Virus record (IMG/VR): IMGVR_UViG_3300036760_000139
Location: 1,685 to 65,684 of that record
Origin: a virus
Taxonomy: Duplodnaviria > Caudoviricetes
Strand: one strand, 5' to 3'
Length of the DNA: 64,000 nt
Shown here: positions 1-9,001 of the stretch, piece after piece
Layout of the letters: each line of letters starts with the position of its first letter
How positions within the stretch are numbered: position 1 is the first letter of the stretch
Made by a program: the position numbers and the translations under genes
Notes under the pieces: generated by a model
The model's database searches: none
Seen by the model: the letters and a program-made list of their open reading frames with translations, nothing else
Told to the model about the DNA's origin: nothing

Positions 1-366
1 ATCGCCGGAGCCGCCGGCCTCGCAGTCGTAGCCTGGGGTGCGGCCACCGTCAACGGCTGGCGCGTTGAGGCCAAGGCATCCCGACCGATCATCGTCATCC
101 AAGCCGAGAAGATCGTGGACCAGGACCGCCAACTCCGGGGCTACGAGATCACCCACAAGGAATTGCGGGCGGTGGACGCGATCAAGGATAGGGTGATTGC
201 CGAGAGCCGGGAACGGGGCGCCGAACTCGAAAATCGCCTCACCCTGCTCAACCGGAACCTGGCTCAGATCGAGGCGGAGCGGCGCGCCTGGCAGGCGCAG
301 CCGTACCCGGAAGACTGCGAGCAGGTAATGAGAGAACTTGCACGGAGAGGCGGGGCAAAACCATGA
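1..366 (+). CDS. 5'-truncated i-spanin-like (Rz-like) membrane/coiled-coil protein
   Basis: Frame is open from position 1 with a hydrophobic stretch (IAGAAGLAVVAWG) followed by coiled coil; its stop overlaps the start of a lipoprotein gene (ATGA). Confidence 0.5.
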   Translation: MAGAAGLAVVAWGAATVNGWRVEAKASRPIIVIQAEKIVDQDRQLRGYEITHKELRAVDAIKDRVIAESRERGAELENRLTLLNRNLAQIEAERRAWQAQPYPEDCEQVMRELARRGGAKP

Positions 367-656
367 AGTTAGCACTGACCGGCCTTGTTATATTGTTGCT
401 AACATTCGGCTGCGCGTCCACCAGGCCCTGTCCGCCTTGCCCGCCGGCGGAGATCGTCACGGTGCAAGTCCCGGGTCCCGTCGTGCCGTGTCCGGCACCC
501 CCGACGATCACCCCGCCGCAACTCTGGCTCCTGAACCTGAGTGCCAGCGGCGCCACGATTCAGGAGATTGCAACCGCCCTTGAACACGACCGGCAGGAAC
601 TCGCCCGCGTCCTGGCAGAGTACGAGGCGGCACTGGCCGTCTATCGGAACCCCTGA
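363..656 (+). CDS. Proline-rich lipoprotein, o-spanin-like (Rz1-like)
   Basis: Signal peptide ending in a lipobox-like LTFGC, then a Pro-rich segment PCPPCPP...PCPAPP. Confidence 0.6.
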   Translation: MKLALTGLVILLLTFGCASTRPCPPCPPAEIVTVQVPGPVVPCPAPPTITPPQLWLLNLSASGATIQEIATALEHDRQELARVLAEYEAALAVYRNP

Positions 657-782
657 CGTGAAGTACGACGACGACGACCCCGAGAACCCACTTGACGATC
701 AGCAGTGGTTCGGCACGATTGCCGAATGGATAAAAAGGTCGGCACTTGTGGTGATCTGTGTACCTTGCTATCCTCGCTGCGC

Positions 783-860
783 GGGGCTGTAGCTCAGCCT
801 GGATAGAGCGCCAGTTTCCTAAACTGGATGTCGCCGGTTCGATTCCGGTCAGCCCCTCCA
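783..860 (+). tRNA. tRNA-Arg (anticodon CCT)
   Basis: Acceptor GGGGCTG/CAGCCCC, D arm GCTC/GAGC, anticodon arm CCAGT-TTCCTAA-ACTGG, T loop TTCGATT, encoded CCA. Confidence 0.95.
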
Positions 861-1051
861 CGGCCAATTGAGAAACGCGGTCTCACTGAGACGAGACGCA
901 GAGGACGTGCCGGTTTGACGCCGGTCCGAATGTCGCGCCCCGTCGTACCGTGTTGTGCTGCGTGGTGCAAGACGTACACCGAGAACGCAGGTGGCACCGC
1001 GCTAATCAAGTGGCTTAAGAAGTTGCGCGAACAAATAAAGGATAGACCCGG

Positions 1052-1068
1052 GCGGTTTCCTAAGCCGT
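1052..1068 (+). other. Candidate attP core: isolated tRNA-Arg(CCT) anticodon stem-loop
   Basis: GCGGT-TTCCTAA-GCCGT has the same 7-nt loop as the tRNA and lies in the non-coding gap just beyond the integrase 3' end. Confidence 0.55.
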
Positions 1069-1149
1069 GTATCGTTCGGCGCGGAACCTGCGTCCTCCGA
1101 GTCAATTGCGTGTTTCTCAACTGGTCCCGCATCCAACTTGACGCCGGCC

Positions 1150-2238
1150 TCAAAATTGCCCTCGCCCCGTGGAGGCCCCTGGAAGGCTCCAGGACAGGCG
1201 ATCGGTTGTCGCCCGCTCCCCGGTGTCACCCCAGGCCCGATGTCCAGCCAGCGCCCCGAGCAGTACGCGCTCGACCAACTGCGCCATCGGTCTCCTGACC
1301 GGCTCGACGGCCTGCGCCCGGATGTACCCGGGAGTCGCAGTGCCGGATGTCCGATGTCCAAGGGCGTCGGCAACCTGGTCTTGCGTGAATCCCCCGTACC
1401 TCACCGCCCACGTCGAGAACGTCGCGCGCCCGAGTCCGGGTCCGCTCCAGGTCCGCGTTCCGGCGCGCGCCGAGGCACGGACCAGCGCCGACCGGACAGC
1501 CGCCTCGGTGGCCGCCACCAACGACCCCGACAGTGGGAGCAGGGCAGCGAGGGTGTCCACGACCGGGACGACATGCTCATCGTTGGTCTTGCGCTCCCGC
1601 AGGAGCAGTACCTTGTCGCGCAGCGAGAGGTCGCGGGTGTGGGCGCGCATCGCCTCTGAGGCTCGCATTCCGGTGAACAGGCAGAGACCGACCGCTACCC
1701 GTGCGGGGCCTCGCAACTCGTGCCAGAGACGCGCCATCTCCTCGGGTTCTGGCACCTGCCGGTGGCGCTCCACGACGCGCAGCCTCGGCATTCGCCACCC
1801 CGGTACGATCTCGCATTCGAGCGCCTCACCAGCGCGCACCGTCATGCGGTAGAGCAACGCGAGTTCGGCGCGCAGCGTCCGGTTGCCCACGGGACAAGTA
1901 CCCTGGCGGCGGTGTAGGACGTACCCCTGGATGTCGGTGCCAGTAAGTCGGTTGAGGATGGCCACCCCCAAAAAGTGTTCCTCAAGCCGGGCGTACTTGA
2001 CCTTGTAGTAACGGAGGGTGGTCTCAGGGCTCCCGGCGTCGCGCAGTCCGGTCTTGTAGAGGTTCCACGCTTCTTGTAGCGTCACGATGCGGGGCAACGG
2101 GGCAAGTCCCGCCGTCCTCCTGTCCATGTTCCGTTCCCACTCCTCGGCATCCGGCTTCCGCCGGAAACTCGCCCGATACTCCCTCTTGTTGATCTGTCTC
2201 CTGCACCGATACACCCCGCGCTCCACGTCCCACCTCAT
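1150..2238 (-). CDS. int: Tyrosine recombinase / phage integrase
   Basis: Arm-binding-like N-terminus; TGMRASE (R), RERKT (K), GLGR at the HxxR position, LGH, TPGY (Y). Start may lie upstream (to 2319). Confidence 0.9.
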   Translation of the reverse strand: MRWDVERGVYRCRRQINKREYRASFRRKPDAEEWERNMDRRTAGLAPLPRIVTLQEAWNLYKTGLRDAGSPETTLRYYKVKYARLEEHFLGVAILNRLTGTDIQGYVLHRRQGTCPVGNRTLRAELALLYRMTVRAGEALECEIVPGWRMPRLRVVERHRQVPEPEEMARLWHELRGPARVAVGLCLFTGMRASEAMRAHTRDLSLRDKVLLLRERKTNDEHVVPVVDTLAALLPLSGSLVAATEAAVRSALVRASARAGTRTWSGPGLGRATFSTWAVRYGGFTQDQVADALGHRTSGTATPGYIRAQAVEPVRRPMAQLVERVLLGALAGHRAWGDTGERATTDRLSWSLPGASTGRGQF

Positions 2239-2353
2239 TGAGGTTTTGTCCCTCTGCGCTTTCGTAGTTGGGTCAATAGGAAAATCCAGAGGAGTGCGCC
2301 CATCACATACGGCACCCAAAGGAAGATCCAGAGGAGCGTTCTCATCTCAACCC

Positions 2354-3040
2354 CTACTTCGTGTTGATCTCCATTTTGACCACCTGCCCGAGTACAGCCA
2401 GGTTGTCAGCGTCCTTGTCGATCACAACGTCGGGGTATGGGGCCCGGTTCATGGACTGGAGAATGACGTGTCGGCGCTCAAGTACGACGTTGCGCACCAT
2501 CCCCGCCTTGTCGAGGGTTAGGGCATAGGTGCGCCTGCTTTTGAGGGCCGTCGCCTTGGTGTCAACCAGGAACCGGGTACGCCCGGCAATCCCCGTACAC
2601 TCCATTGAGTCGTCGTTGGACACGACCACGACCATCCCATCCCCACCTCGCGGCAGGGCGAAGCGGGGGGCCGCCTCGGGGCCGAACTTTGCTGCTTTGG
2701 GGTCTTCCCACCCCTTGACCGGCACGCCAAGAAAGGCTGGCATCATGATCGTGTCCCCTGCCGTGTAGTTTACGTCTTTCACCGAGATCGTGGCAAAGTC
2801 CGCCAGCTGGACTCCCGGGCCGAGCCAGAACGCGACCCTCTGCTGATAGGGGTCTTTCCCCGGAATGTCGAGTGCCTTGAAAATCGCCCCTTGCGTCTCG
2901 TCCGTGGGTGATGCCTCGCCCCTCTCCCAGGCTCCCACTGCGTTCCCTCCACTGTGCTTGAGCCGCAACCCAAGGTCGCGCTGACTCATCTTCCGGTAGC
3001 CTCGCCACTCTTCAAGTCGGTGTGCAAATGGTTCGGACAT
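2354..3040 (-). CDS. CI-like repressor (XRE HTH plus S24-like C-terminal domain)
   Basis: MSQRDLG...AVGAWERGEASP HTH; DDSM and LQSMN...YP S24-like motifs; divergent from the Cro/Xis-like gene. Confidence 0.85.
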   Translation of the reverse strand: MSEPFAHRLEEWRGYRKMSQRDLGLRLKHSGGNAVGAWERGEASPTDETQGAIFKALDIPGKDPYQQRVAFWLGPGVQLADFATISVKDVNYTAGDTIMMPAFLGVPVKGWEDPKAAKFGPEAAPRFALPRGGDGMVVVVSNDDSMECTGIAGRTRFLVDTKATALKSRRTYALTLDKAGMVRNVVLERRHVILQSMNRAPYPDVVIDKDADNLAVLGQVVKMEINTK

Positions 3041-3120
3041 GGCCCCCCCCTTTCGCCTGGTCAGTGTATCACAAGCCATTGTTGGCACACGGGTTATTCC
3101 TCTTTCCTGGTCCTACATCA

Positions 3121-3176
3121 CAATGCACACCCAAGGGGGGTTGACAAGTGTTCATTGGGGCACTATATTGAGGGTG
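3121..3176 (+). promoter_or_regulatory. Sigma70 promoter (PR-like) with a flanking inverted repeat; likely leaderless
   Basis: TTGACA (3141-3146), 17 bp, TATATT (3164-3169), GTG at 3176; CAATGCACAC...GTGTTCATTG inverted repeat straddles the -35. Confidence 0.8.
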
Positions 3177-3577
3177 TGAGCACTTCTCCTGAGTCCGCGG
3201 CACCCGAAGGTCGGCGCCGGATTATCGCCGAGGTCGATGCCGGAGTCGCCCGTAGCCTCAGAGTGTTTGCGGCCGAGCACGACACCACGATTAGCGATGT
3301 CCTGCGCGACCTGCTCAAGAACTGGCTCCATTTCAACTTCCCGTCTGTCTTACCCACAATATCGGTCCCTGATCCACCCATTGTCAAGGGCCCTTCCCAC
3401 CTACTGTGCCTGAAAGAGGTGGCCAACTACTTCCAGGTGTCACAAGAAACAGTGCGCCGGTGGGTACGTGATCGTCTGATGGTGGCGATCCGCGGTGGTC
3501 GGCGCGGCGGGTACCTGTTTGACCCTGCGGACATCCTCAAATTCCGTAGCAAGCGTACCACCGGGGGGCGCCCGTGA
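3176..3577 (+). CDS. Ribbon-helix-helix plus excisionase-type HTH fusion (Cro/Xis-like)
   Basis: N-terminal RRIIAEVD...LRVFAAEHDTTISDVLRDLL (RHH-like); C-terminal LKEVANYFQVSQETVRRWVR...YLFD (MerR/Xis-type HTH). Confidence 0.75.
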   Translation: MSTSPESAAPEGRRRIIAEVDAGVARSLRVFAAEHDTTISDVLRDLLKNWLHFNFPSVLPTISVPDPPIVKGPSHLLCLKEVANYFQVSQETVRRWVRDRLMVAIRGGRRGGYLFDPADILKFRSKRTTGGRP

Positions 3578-4029
3578 CGACCCCCCGCGCTCTCTCCTCC
3601 TTCCCCCGGCCGGAGCCTTCGGGCATACGACCCGTTGGCCTACCGGAGAACCGGGATTTTCAAATTATGGGCGCTGCGGGCACCCCGCGAGGTGACTCTG
3701 TGGCAGAGCGACGGAAGCCACTCAACGTCGCGGACGGTCGGAGACAGCCGGCCAGCGCCCTTCAACCTTCAAGTGTGTGTGCTGCGGCGTGGCGAGATGA
3801 CACGCACCGAGCCGAACACCTGTTGTCCGTTCAGTCCGGCGGATGGGTGAGTCGGGTCTCGACCTTACGAGGTCGCCTCAGCGGCACGGTCAACCGAGAA
3901 GCCGGGGCAGGACCGGCCAGCACACTTCCTCTTCTTTCGAGGCCGCGATGACGACGACTGCGGTACTGCTCATCATCGTTGCCGCCGCCCTGACCTGCGT
4001 GGCACTTACACCACCGAGGAGGCCACCTT

Positions 4030-4251
4030 ATGTCTGAGGCTTACCGGCTGGGTTGCCAGGAGTGCGGCGAGCGCCATGGGTGCCGGTGCAACGACATGGT
4101 GACGTGTGAGGACTGCGGAGCCGACTACTTCCCGGCCAAGGACGACACCGGCCTGTGCCTAGAGTGTGAACAGACACAAGCCATTCTCGACGCTGAAGAT
4201 GAGGAAGCTCAAGTTGAATTAGACGAGTTTGGTTTCGGTGCGAACTACTAA
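4030..4251 (+). CDS. Small Cys-rich zinc-binding protein
   Basis: Three CxxC motifs, acidic tail, SD GAGGAGG. Confidence 0.6.
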   Translation: MSEAYRLGCQECGERHGCRCNDMVTCEDCGADYFPAKDDTGLCLECEQTQAILDAEDEEAQVELDEFGFGANY

Positions 4252-4267
4252 ATGAAAGGAGAACACC

Positions 4268-4627
4268 ATGAAGTTAGGTCAGGTACATCGGTACGGTGAG
4301 TGGCACGCATTGCGTGGGGGGTTCGGTTGGTGGCTGATCGGGCTTCTCGGGTTCGGGCGTCCGGTATGCCACATGCGTGGCCGGCAGACGATCGGCGTTT
4401 TCGCGGGCGTGGAGGAATCGGCCACCTGCAACTGGTGTCGCCAGAAGCTCGGGCTGGTGACATACCGCAAGGGACCCAAGGCGATCCCACCCCCGGGCGA
4501 GCCGTTGCCAGTCACATTCGAGAGCGCCGTACATGAGGGGCTACTAGCAGGAACCCTCCCGAAGTCGTCCAACGACTTCCCCGGTTACACGCCGAGCATC
4601 CTGTTTGATAAGCCGGACGGGGGATGA
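4268..4627 (+). CDS. Hypothetical protein
   Basis: SD AAGGAG; one CxxC. Confidence 0.55.
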   Translation: MKLGQVHRYGEWHALRGGFGWWLIGLLGFGRPVCHMRGRQTIGVFAGVEESATCNWCRQKLGLVTYRKGPKAIPPPGEPLPVTFESAVHEGLLAGTLPKSSNDFPGYTPSILFDKPDGG

Positions 4628-4694
4628 TCTGGTGGCTGAGTGGGTCGTATACGACTGCTTTCAACGGATTCTTGACAACCTGTGGAAGGAGACA

Positions 4695-4982
4695 ATGGCG
4701 ATGGATGGATTGAGACGGTGCCCATTTTGCGGTGGCTCTCCCGTAGAAGCAAGGGTGTCGTGGGGATACTACGTGCGGTGCCGTGCATGTATTGCAACTG
4801 GCGGCGTTGAAGACAGTCCCCAAAAGGCTCGCGACAAATGGAACTGCCGCGCCCCCAAGCCTGAGCAGACAGAGGCGCAGCAGGATCTGGAAAAGTTGAA
4901 AGCCGCGTTGACCGACGCGGATGCGTGGGATGACAACGCGATTCTTCGCACCGTCATCCGTCTCGCAGAGAAGGAGGAGTGA
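4695..4982 (+). CDS. Lar-family restriction-alleviation-like zinc finger protein
   Basis: LRRCPFCGG...YYVRCRAC...ARDKWN pattern; SD AAGGAG. Confidence 0.7.
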   Translation: MAMDGLRRCPFCGGSPVEARVSWGYYVRCRACIATGGVEDSPQKARDKWNCRAPKPEQTEAQQDLEKLKAALTDADAWDDNAILRTVIRLAEKEE

Positions 4983-4983
4983 G

Positions 4984-5790
4984 ATGCCCGACAAAGACAA
5001 GGTCACGGTCCTGGTCCCGGGACTCGTCGCCAAACTGACCAAGATCCTCGGCCAAGTCGGCGGCATCCCCAAGGACCAGAAACATCAGCAGGGGTGGATG
5101 TATCGGTCGGAGGACGCACTCATGGAGCGCCTGCGCCCGTTACTCGCTGGCGAGGCCATCCTTTGCCTGCCGTCCGAGGAGTCGGTAACGACTCTCGCGC
5201 CCGTGCGATCGAACGAGGGCAAGGAAGCCTCGCACTTCGTCGTTCGCGTCGGCTACACGTTCATCGACGCGGCCACTGGAGAAACCCTTGGTCCCTGTTA
5301 CATGAGCGGCGAGGCCGCCGACTGGGGCGACAGGGCTCTGCAAAAGGCGCAGACATTCGCCGGCAAGGCGTTCCTCTCCAAGGTATTTATGATCTCGTGC
5401 GGTGACGATGTGGCCGACGGGAACGGAGAAGGCAAGACGACGCCTAGCGTCCAGGTCCCACGCAAGAGCGATCAGCTGGAGACGACCACGCCGCCGCCGC
5501 AAGGAACGCCGCCCTCAACGCCACCGCCACAAGGGCCGCCGCCCGAACGTGAGCCGGGGGACGACGATAATGTGCTGTTGCCGGTCCTGGTCACCAGCGT
5601 CACCCCAAGGACGTCCAAAACCAAGAAACCGTACTTCGTCATTGAGACCTCGGACAGCCAGAGACTAATCACCTTCGACACCAAACTCGGAGAACTCGCC
5701 AAGAAGGCACTCGCCGAACACAACCCCCTGTTGATCCTCTCCGAGGACCAGAACGGGTTCCCAACTGTCGTGACGATGGAGTGGGCGTGA
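4984..5790 (+). CDS. ERF-family single-strand annealing protein
   Basis: GIPKD...YRSEDAL, GEAADWGDRALQKAQT...FMISCGDD; Pro-rich linker; EREPGDD motif. Confidence 0.8.
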   Translation: MPDKDKVTVLVPGLVAKLTKILGQVGGIPKDQKHQQGWMYRSEDALMERLRPLLAGEAILCLPSEESVTTLAPVRSNEGKEASHFVVRVGYTFIDAATGETLGPCYMSGEAADWGDRALQKAQTFAGKAFLSKVFMISCGDDVADGNGEGKTTPSVQVPRKSDQLETTTPPPQGTPPSTPPPQGPPPEREPGDDDNVLLPVLVTSVTPRTSKTKKPYFVIETSDSQRLITFDTKLGELAKKALAEHNPLLILSEDQNGFPTVVTMEWA

Positions 5791-6380
5791 TCCCAGGCTA
5801 CACCTTCGACCCGGCAACGCACACGCACGCACTCAATGGCGTGGTGTTGCCGGGCGTCACCAGCGTACTCAAGGCCGAGCACTTCGTCGATGACCGCTGG
5901 TGGAATGACAACGCCCGCGACCGCGGCACGTACATCCACCAGTGCATCCAAGCCCTACACGAGAACGACCTCGACGAGTCGCGGTTACTCTCAGAGTACG
6001 CCGGGTACGTCGCTGGCTACAGGGCGTTCCTGGTCGAGAAGGGGTTTGTCGCCATAGAGGTCGAGAGGCCCGTCTGCTCGGTCAGCCGAATGTTTGCCGG
6101 CGTCCTCGACCTCATAGGCGTCTTCCGAGGCAACCCGACCCTAGTGCTGATCGACGCAAAAACCGGAGAACCTGGGGAGGCCGTGAAACTCCAGACCGCC
6201 GCCTACAGACTAGCGTACCACGAGGAAACCAAAACGTACATTCCCGATAGGTACGCGCTGCAACTATCCCGTGAGGGTACCTACAAGCTCCACGGTCCCT
6301 TCCTCGGTCAGTCAGACGAAACCGTTTTCCTGTCGGCCGTCAACTGCTGGTGGTGGAGACAGAATCATGCGCGGAGCTAG
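5787..6380 (+). CDS. PD-(D/E)XK exonuclease, recombination partner of ERF
   Basis: PGVTSVL, RGTYIH, FAGVLDL, LIDAKTG, QTAAY motifs. Confidence 0.85.
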   Translation: MIPGYTFDPATHTHALNGVVLPGVTSVLKAEHFVDDRWWNDNARDRGTYIHQCIQALHENDLDESRLLSEYAGYVAGYRAFLVEKGFVAIEVERPVCSVSRMFAGVLDLIGVFRGNPTLVLIDAKTGEPGEAVKLQTAAYRLAYHEETKTYIPDRYALQLSREGTYKLHGPFLGQSDETVFLSAVNCWWWRQNHARS

Positions 6381-6843
6381 GAGTTCCCTCCTCGTTCGCT
6401 TTTTCGAGAAGGTTCGTGTGCCATCCGCAGACCCCAATGTTTGTTGGGAGTGGATGGCGGCTATGGATCGAGATGGCTACGGTCGGATCAATGCGGGAGG
6501 TCGCGATGAAGGGGAACTTCGCGCACATCGCATTGCATGGGAAATCGCCAACGGGCCCATTCCCGCCAGCATAATCGTGTGCCACAAGTGCGACAACCCA
6601 TCATGCGTTCGCCCATCACATCTCTACGTCGGAACCATCGCCGACAACCAGCGCGACATGGCCGCACGGCGCAGGGGTAATCGCAGCGGGGTCGGATTGC
6701 CGTATGGGGTGAGTCCCAATGGGCAACGGTGGAAAGTGCAAATCAGGACTGGCGGCCACAACCAGCATTTCGGCACTTACGACACCATCGACGAAGCCGC
6801 TGCCATCGCGCAGCGAGAACGGGAGAGACTTTATGAGCACTGA
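6367..6843 (+). CDS. HNH homing endonuclease with AP2-like DNA-binding domain
   Basis: CWEW, AHRIAW, VCHKCDNPSCVRPSHL, then GV...WKVQI...HFGTYDTIDEAA. Confidence 0.9.
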   Translation: MRGARSSLLVRFFEKVRVPSADPNVCWEWMAAMDRDGYGRINAGGRDEGELRAHRIAWEIANGPIPASIIVCHKCDNPSCVRPSHLYVGTIADNQRDMAARRRGNRSGVGLPYGVSPNGQRWKVQIRTGGHNQHFGTYDTIDEAAAIAQRERERLYEH

Positions 6844-7531
6844 CATCGTGGCGCGAGAGAAACCCGAGCTGGCGACCAAGAGCTCGTCGCTGTTGGTCAC
6901 CGCCAACGCCATCCAGATCCAAACGGATGAGCACTACATGCTGGCCGACGACTTCTTGGGCAACATCAAGGCGTTGCAAAAAGAAATCGACGCCGGCTAT
7001 AACGAAATCATCGCTGGAGCCTACGCGAACCACAAGCTCGCGGTCGCCACGAAGAAGCGGTACTCCGACCCGGTAGACGAAGCGGAGAAGGTCGTCAAGC
7101 GGAAGATGGGCGACTACCAGGCGCAGAGGGAAGCGGAAGCCCGCAGGGAACAGGTGGCGGCCGAGGCCGTAGCGCGCAAGGCCGCCGACGATGCCCAGCT
7201 CGCGCAGGCGGTAGCACTCGAGGCCGCCGGCCACAAGGAGGCCGCACAAGCTGTACTCAGCGCGCCTCCGGCACCTGCCGCCATCCTTCCGATGGCTGTT
7301 GGGGTCCCCGTCCTCGAGGGTACGTCGTTCCGCAAACTGTACTCGTGCCGCGTGACGGACCTGCACAAGCTCGCGGTATTCGCGGTCGCCAACCCCGCGA
7401 TCCTCGCCTCGTGCTTACTCCCCAATGAGAAGTCGCTTGATGCGATGGCGCGGGCGCAGAAGGACTCGTTTTGCATCCCCGGGTGCGAGGTCGTGGTGGA
7501 GAACTGCATCGCAAAGCGGGCGACGCCATGA
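6833..7531 (+). CDS. Coiled-coil phage protein of the recombination module
   Basis: Ala-rich coiled coil; C-terminal FRK...VTD...IPGCEVV pattern typical of proteins beside SSAPs. Confidence 0.65.
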   Translation: MSTDIVAREKPELATKSSSLLVTANAIQIQTDEHYMLADDFLGNIKALQKEIDAGYNEIIAGAYANHKLAVATKKRYSDPVDEAEKVVKRKMGDYQAQREAEARREQVAAEAVARKAADDAQLAQAVALEAAGHKEAAQAVLSAPPAPAAILPMAVGVPVLEGTSFRKLYSCRVTDLHKLAVFAVANPAILASCLLPNEKSLDAMARAQKDSFCIPGCEVVVENCIAKRATP

Positions 7532-8481
7532 GCAACGGGACCGGAATGCTCTTTTCTGACTGGCTGCCCCGCTATCAACACATCGAGCGCCTCGGGCATG
7601 CCGACGTTGAGGGCCTGCTCGACGGCGAGGTGATCGTCCAGGAGAAACTCGATGGGGCGAATGCGACGGTCGCCATCGAGCCGGAGACCGGACGCCTGGT
7701 GATCGCCAGCCGAAGCAGTGTCAAGTCGGTGGCTGGAGACCCGCCGAACGGGTTTCGCGGGCTCGTCGAGTACGTGCTCGGAAACGATCCGCTACAGGAA
7801 CTCGCGGCGTACTACATCGTCCGCGGCGAGTGGCTGGTACCGCACTCGGTCAAGGACTACGCGCCCGATACCTACAAACTCTTCTACGTGTTCGATTGCC
7901 AGGAATACGACGACGGAAGATATGTCCATCCTGACGAGTGGAGAAAAATGGCCGAGGCGCTCGGCTGCTTTTGCGTCCCGACGATCGCCCGGCTTCTCAA
8001 TCCGACCGCCGCCCAGATCGCCGAACTGTCGGTGGGGTCGAGTGCCCTTGGTGCTCCGAAACGCGAAGGCGTGGTCGCCAAGCGGTACGGGTTCGTCAAC
8101 CGGTTCGGACGGGTCACTTGGGGCAAGGTGGTGGGCGAGGACTTCCAGCAGCGCCACAAGCTCTCGATGGGCGCTAGCAGATGGGACGCCCCCGAACTGC
8201 GGTTCGTCGCCGATGTCGTGACAGACGGCGCGGTGCTCAAGGTCGTCGGCAAGGTCTCTGACCTGCACGGGGAACCCGCTGACGTTCGGGCGATGGAAGA
8301 GGTTCTGGGCCGGCTCTGGCATGAGTGCGCGTACGAAGAACTAATCGATTGGTGGATCGAAAAGAAGGTGGACATCCTGTCGTTGCGCCAACTCAAAAAG
8401 GCTGTGTACCAGCGTGGGCGAGAGACGGCGCTTGCTTTCTTCAACGGCGTAGTTGGGAGAGGGGCCGAGAATGCCACGTGA
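7528..8481 (+). CDS. ATP-dependent RNA ligase (Rnl2-like)
   Basis: Nucleotidyltransferase motifs EKLDGAN, RGEW, FYVFD, REGVVAK, WGKVV. Confidence 0.85.
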   Translation: MSNGTGMLFSDWLPRYQHIERLGHADVEGLLDGEVIVQEKLDGANATVAIEPETGRLVIASRSSVKSVAGDPPNGFRGLVEYVLGNDPLQELAAYYIVRGEWLVPHSVKDYAPDTYKLFYVFDCQEYDDGRYVHPDEWRKMAEALGCFCVPTIARLLNPTAAQIAELSVGSSALGAPKREGVVAKRYGFVNRFGRVTWGKVVGEDFQQRHKLSMGASRWDAPELRFVADVVTDGAVLKVVGKVSDLHGEPADVRAMEEVLGRLWHECAYEELIDWWIEKKVDILSLRQLKKAVYQRGRETALAFFNGVVGRGAENAT

Positions 8482-9001
8482 TCTAGAGAAGAAGCGCGAG
8501 TACCAGCGCAAGCACCACGCAGCCAACCTGGAGAAGTACCGCGAGTCCAACCGCAAGTACAGGGCGGCGCACCGCGAGGAACTCAACGCGCTCCACCGCA
8601 AGCGGTATGCGGAGAATCCCGAGAAAGCGCTCGTGCGCACCCGAGAGTACAGCCGCCGGCGCCGAGTGGAGCATCCCGACAAAACGCGCAGGGCCGCGCG
8701 CAAGTGGAGAGAAGGCAACCCCGAGAGGGTACGTGAATACCAACGCAAAGCCGACCTTCGTCGCAAGTATGGCCTTGCTGTCGAGGAATACGATGCAATG
8801 GTGGCCGCGCAAGATGGTCGTTGTGCGATCTGCGGAGAGATTCCAAGTGGGAGTCGGTCGGTGCTCGATGTGGACCATGACCATGCCACCGGAACTGTCC
8901 GTGGCCTGCTCTGCCATGGGTGCAACAAGGCCACTGGGTTCTTGCACGACAACCCGGACCTCCTCCAAAAGGCAATCAACTATCTGCGGAGAACTGCGTG
9001 A
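8471..9001 (+). CDS. Endonuclease VII-type HNH endonuclease
   Basis: KYGL...QDGRCAIC...VDHDHATGTVRGLLCHGCN; Arg-rich helical repeats. Confidence 0.9.
   Translation: MPRDLEKKREYQRKHHAANLEKYRESNRKYRAAHREELNALHRKRYAENPEKALVRTREYSRRRRVEHPDKTRRAARKWREGNPERVREYQRKADLRRKYGLAVEEYDAMVAAQDGRCAICGEIPSGSRSVLDVDHDHATGTVRGLLCHGCNKATGFLHDNPDLLQKAINYLRRTA

Noticed and set aside
1003-1018. IHF site in the att region
   Set aside because: AATCAA-N5-TTA is one base off the consensus spacing
3574-3951. CDS or c4-like antisense RNA after the Xis-like gene
   Set aside because: The ORF looks unconvincing and I could not establish a defined RNA motif
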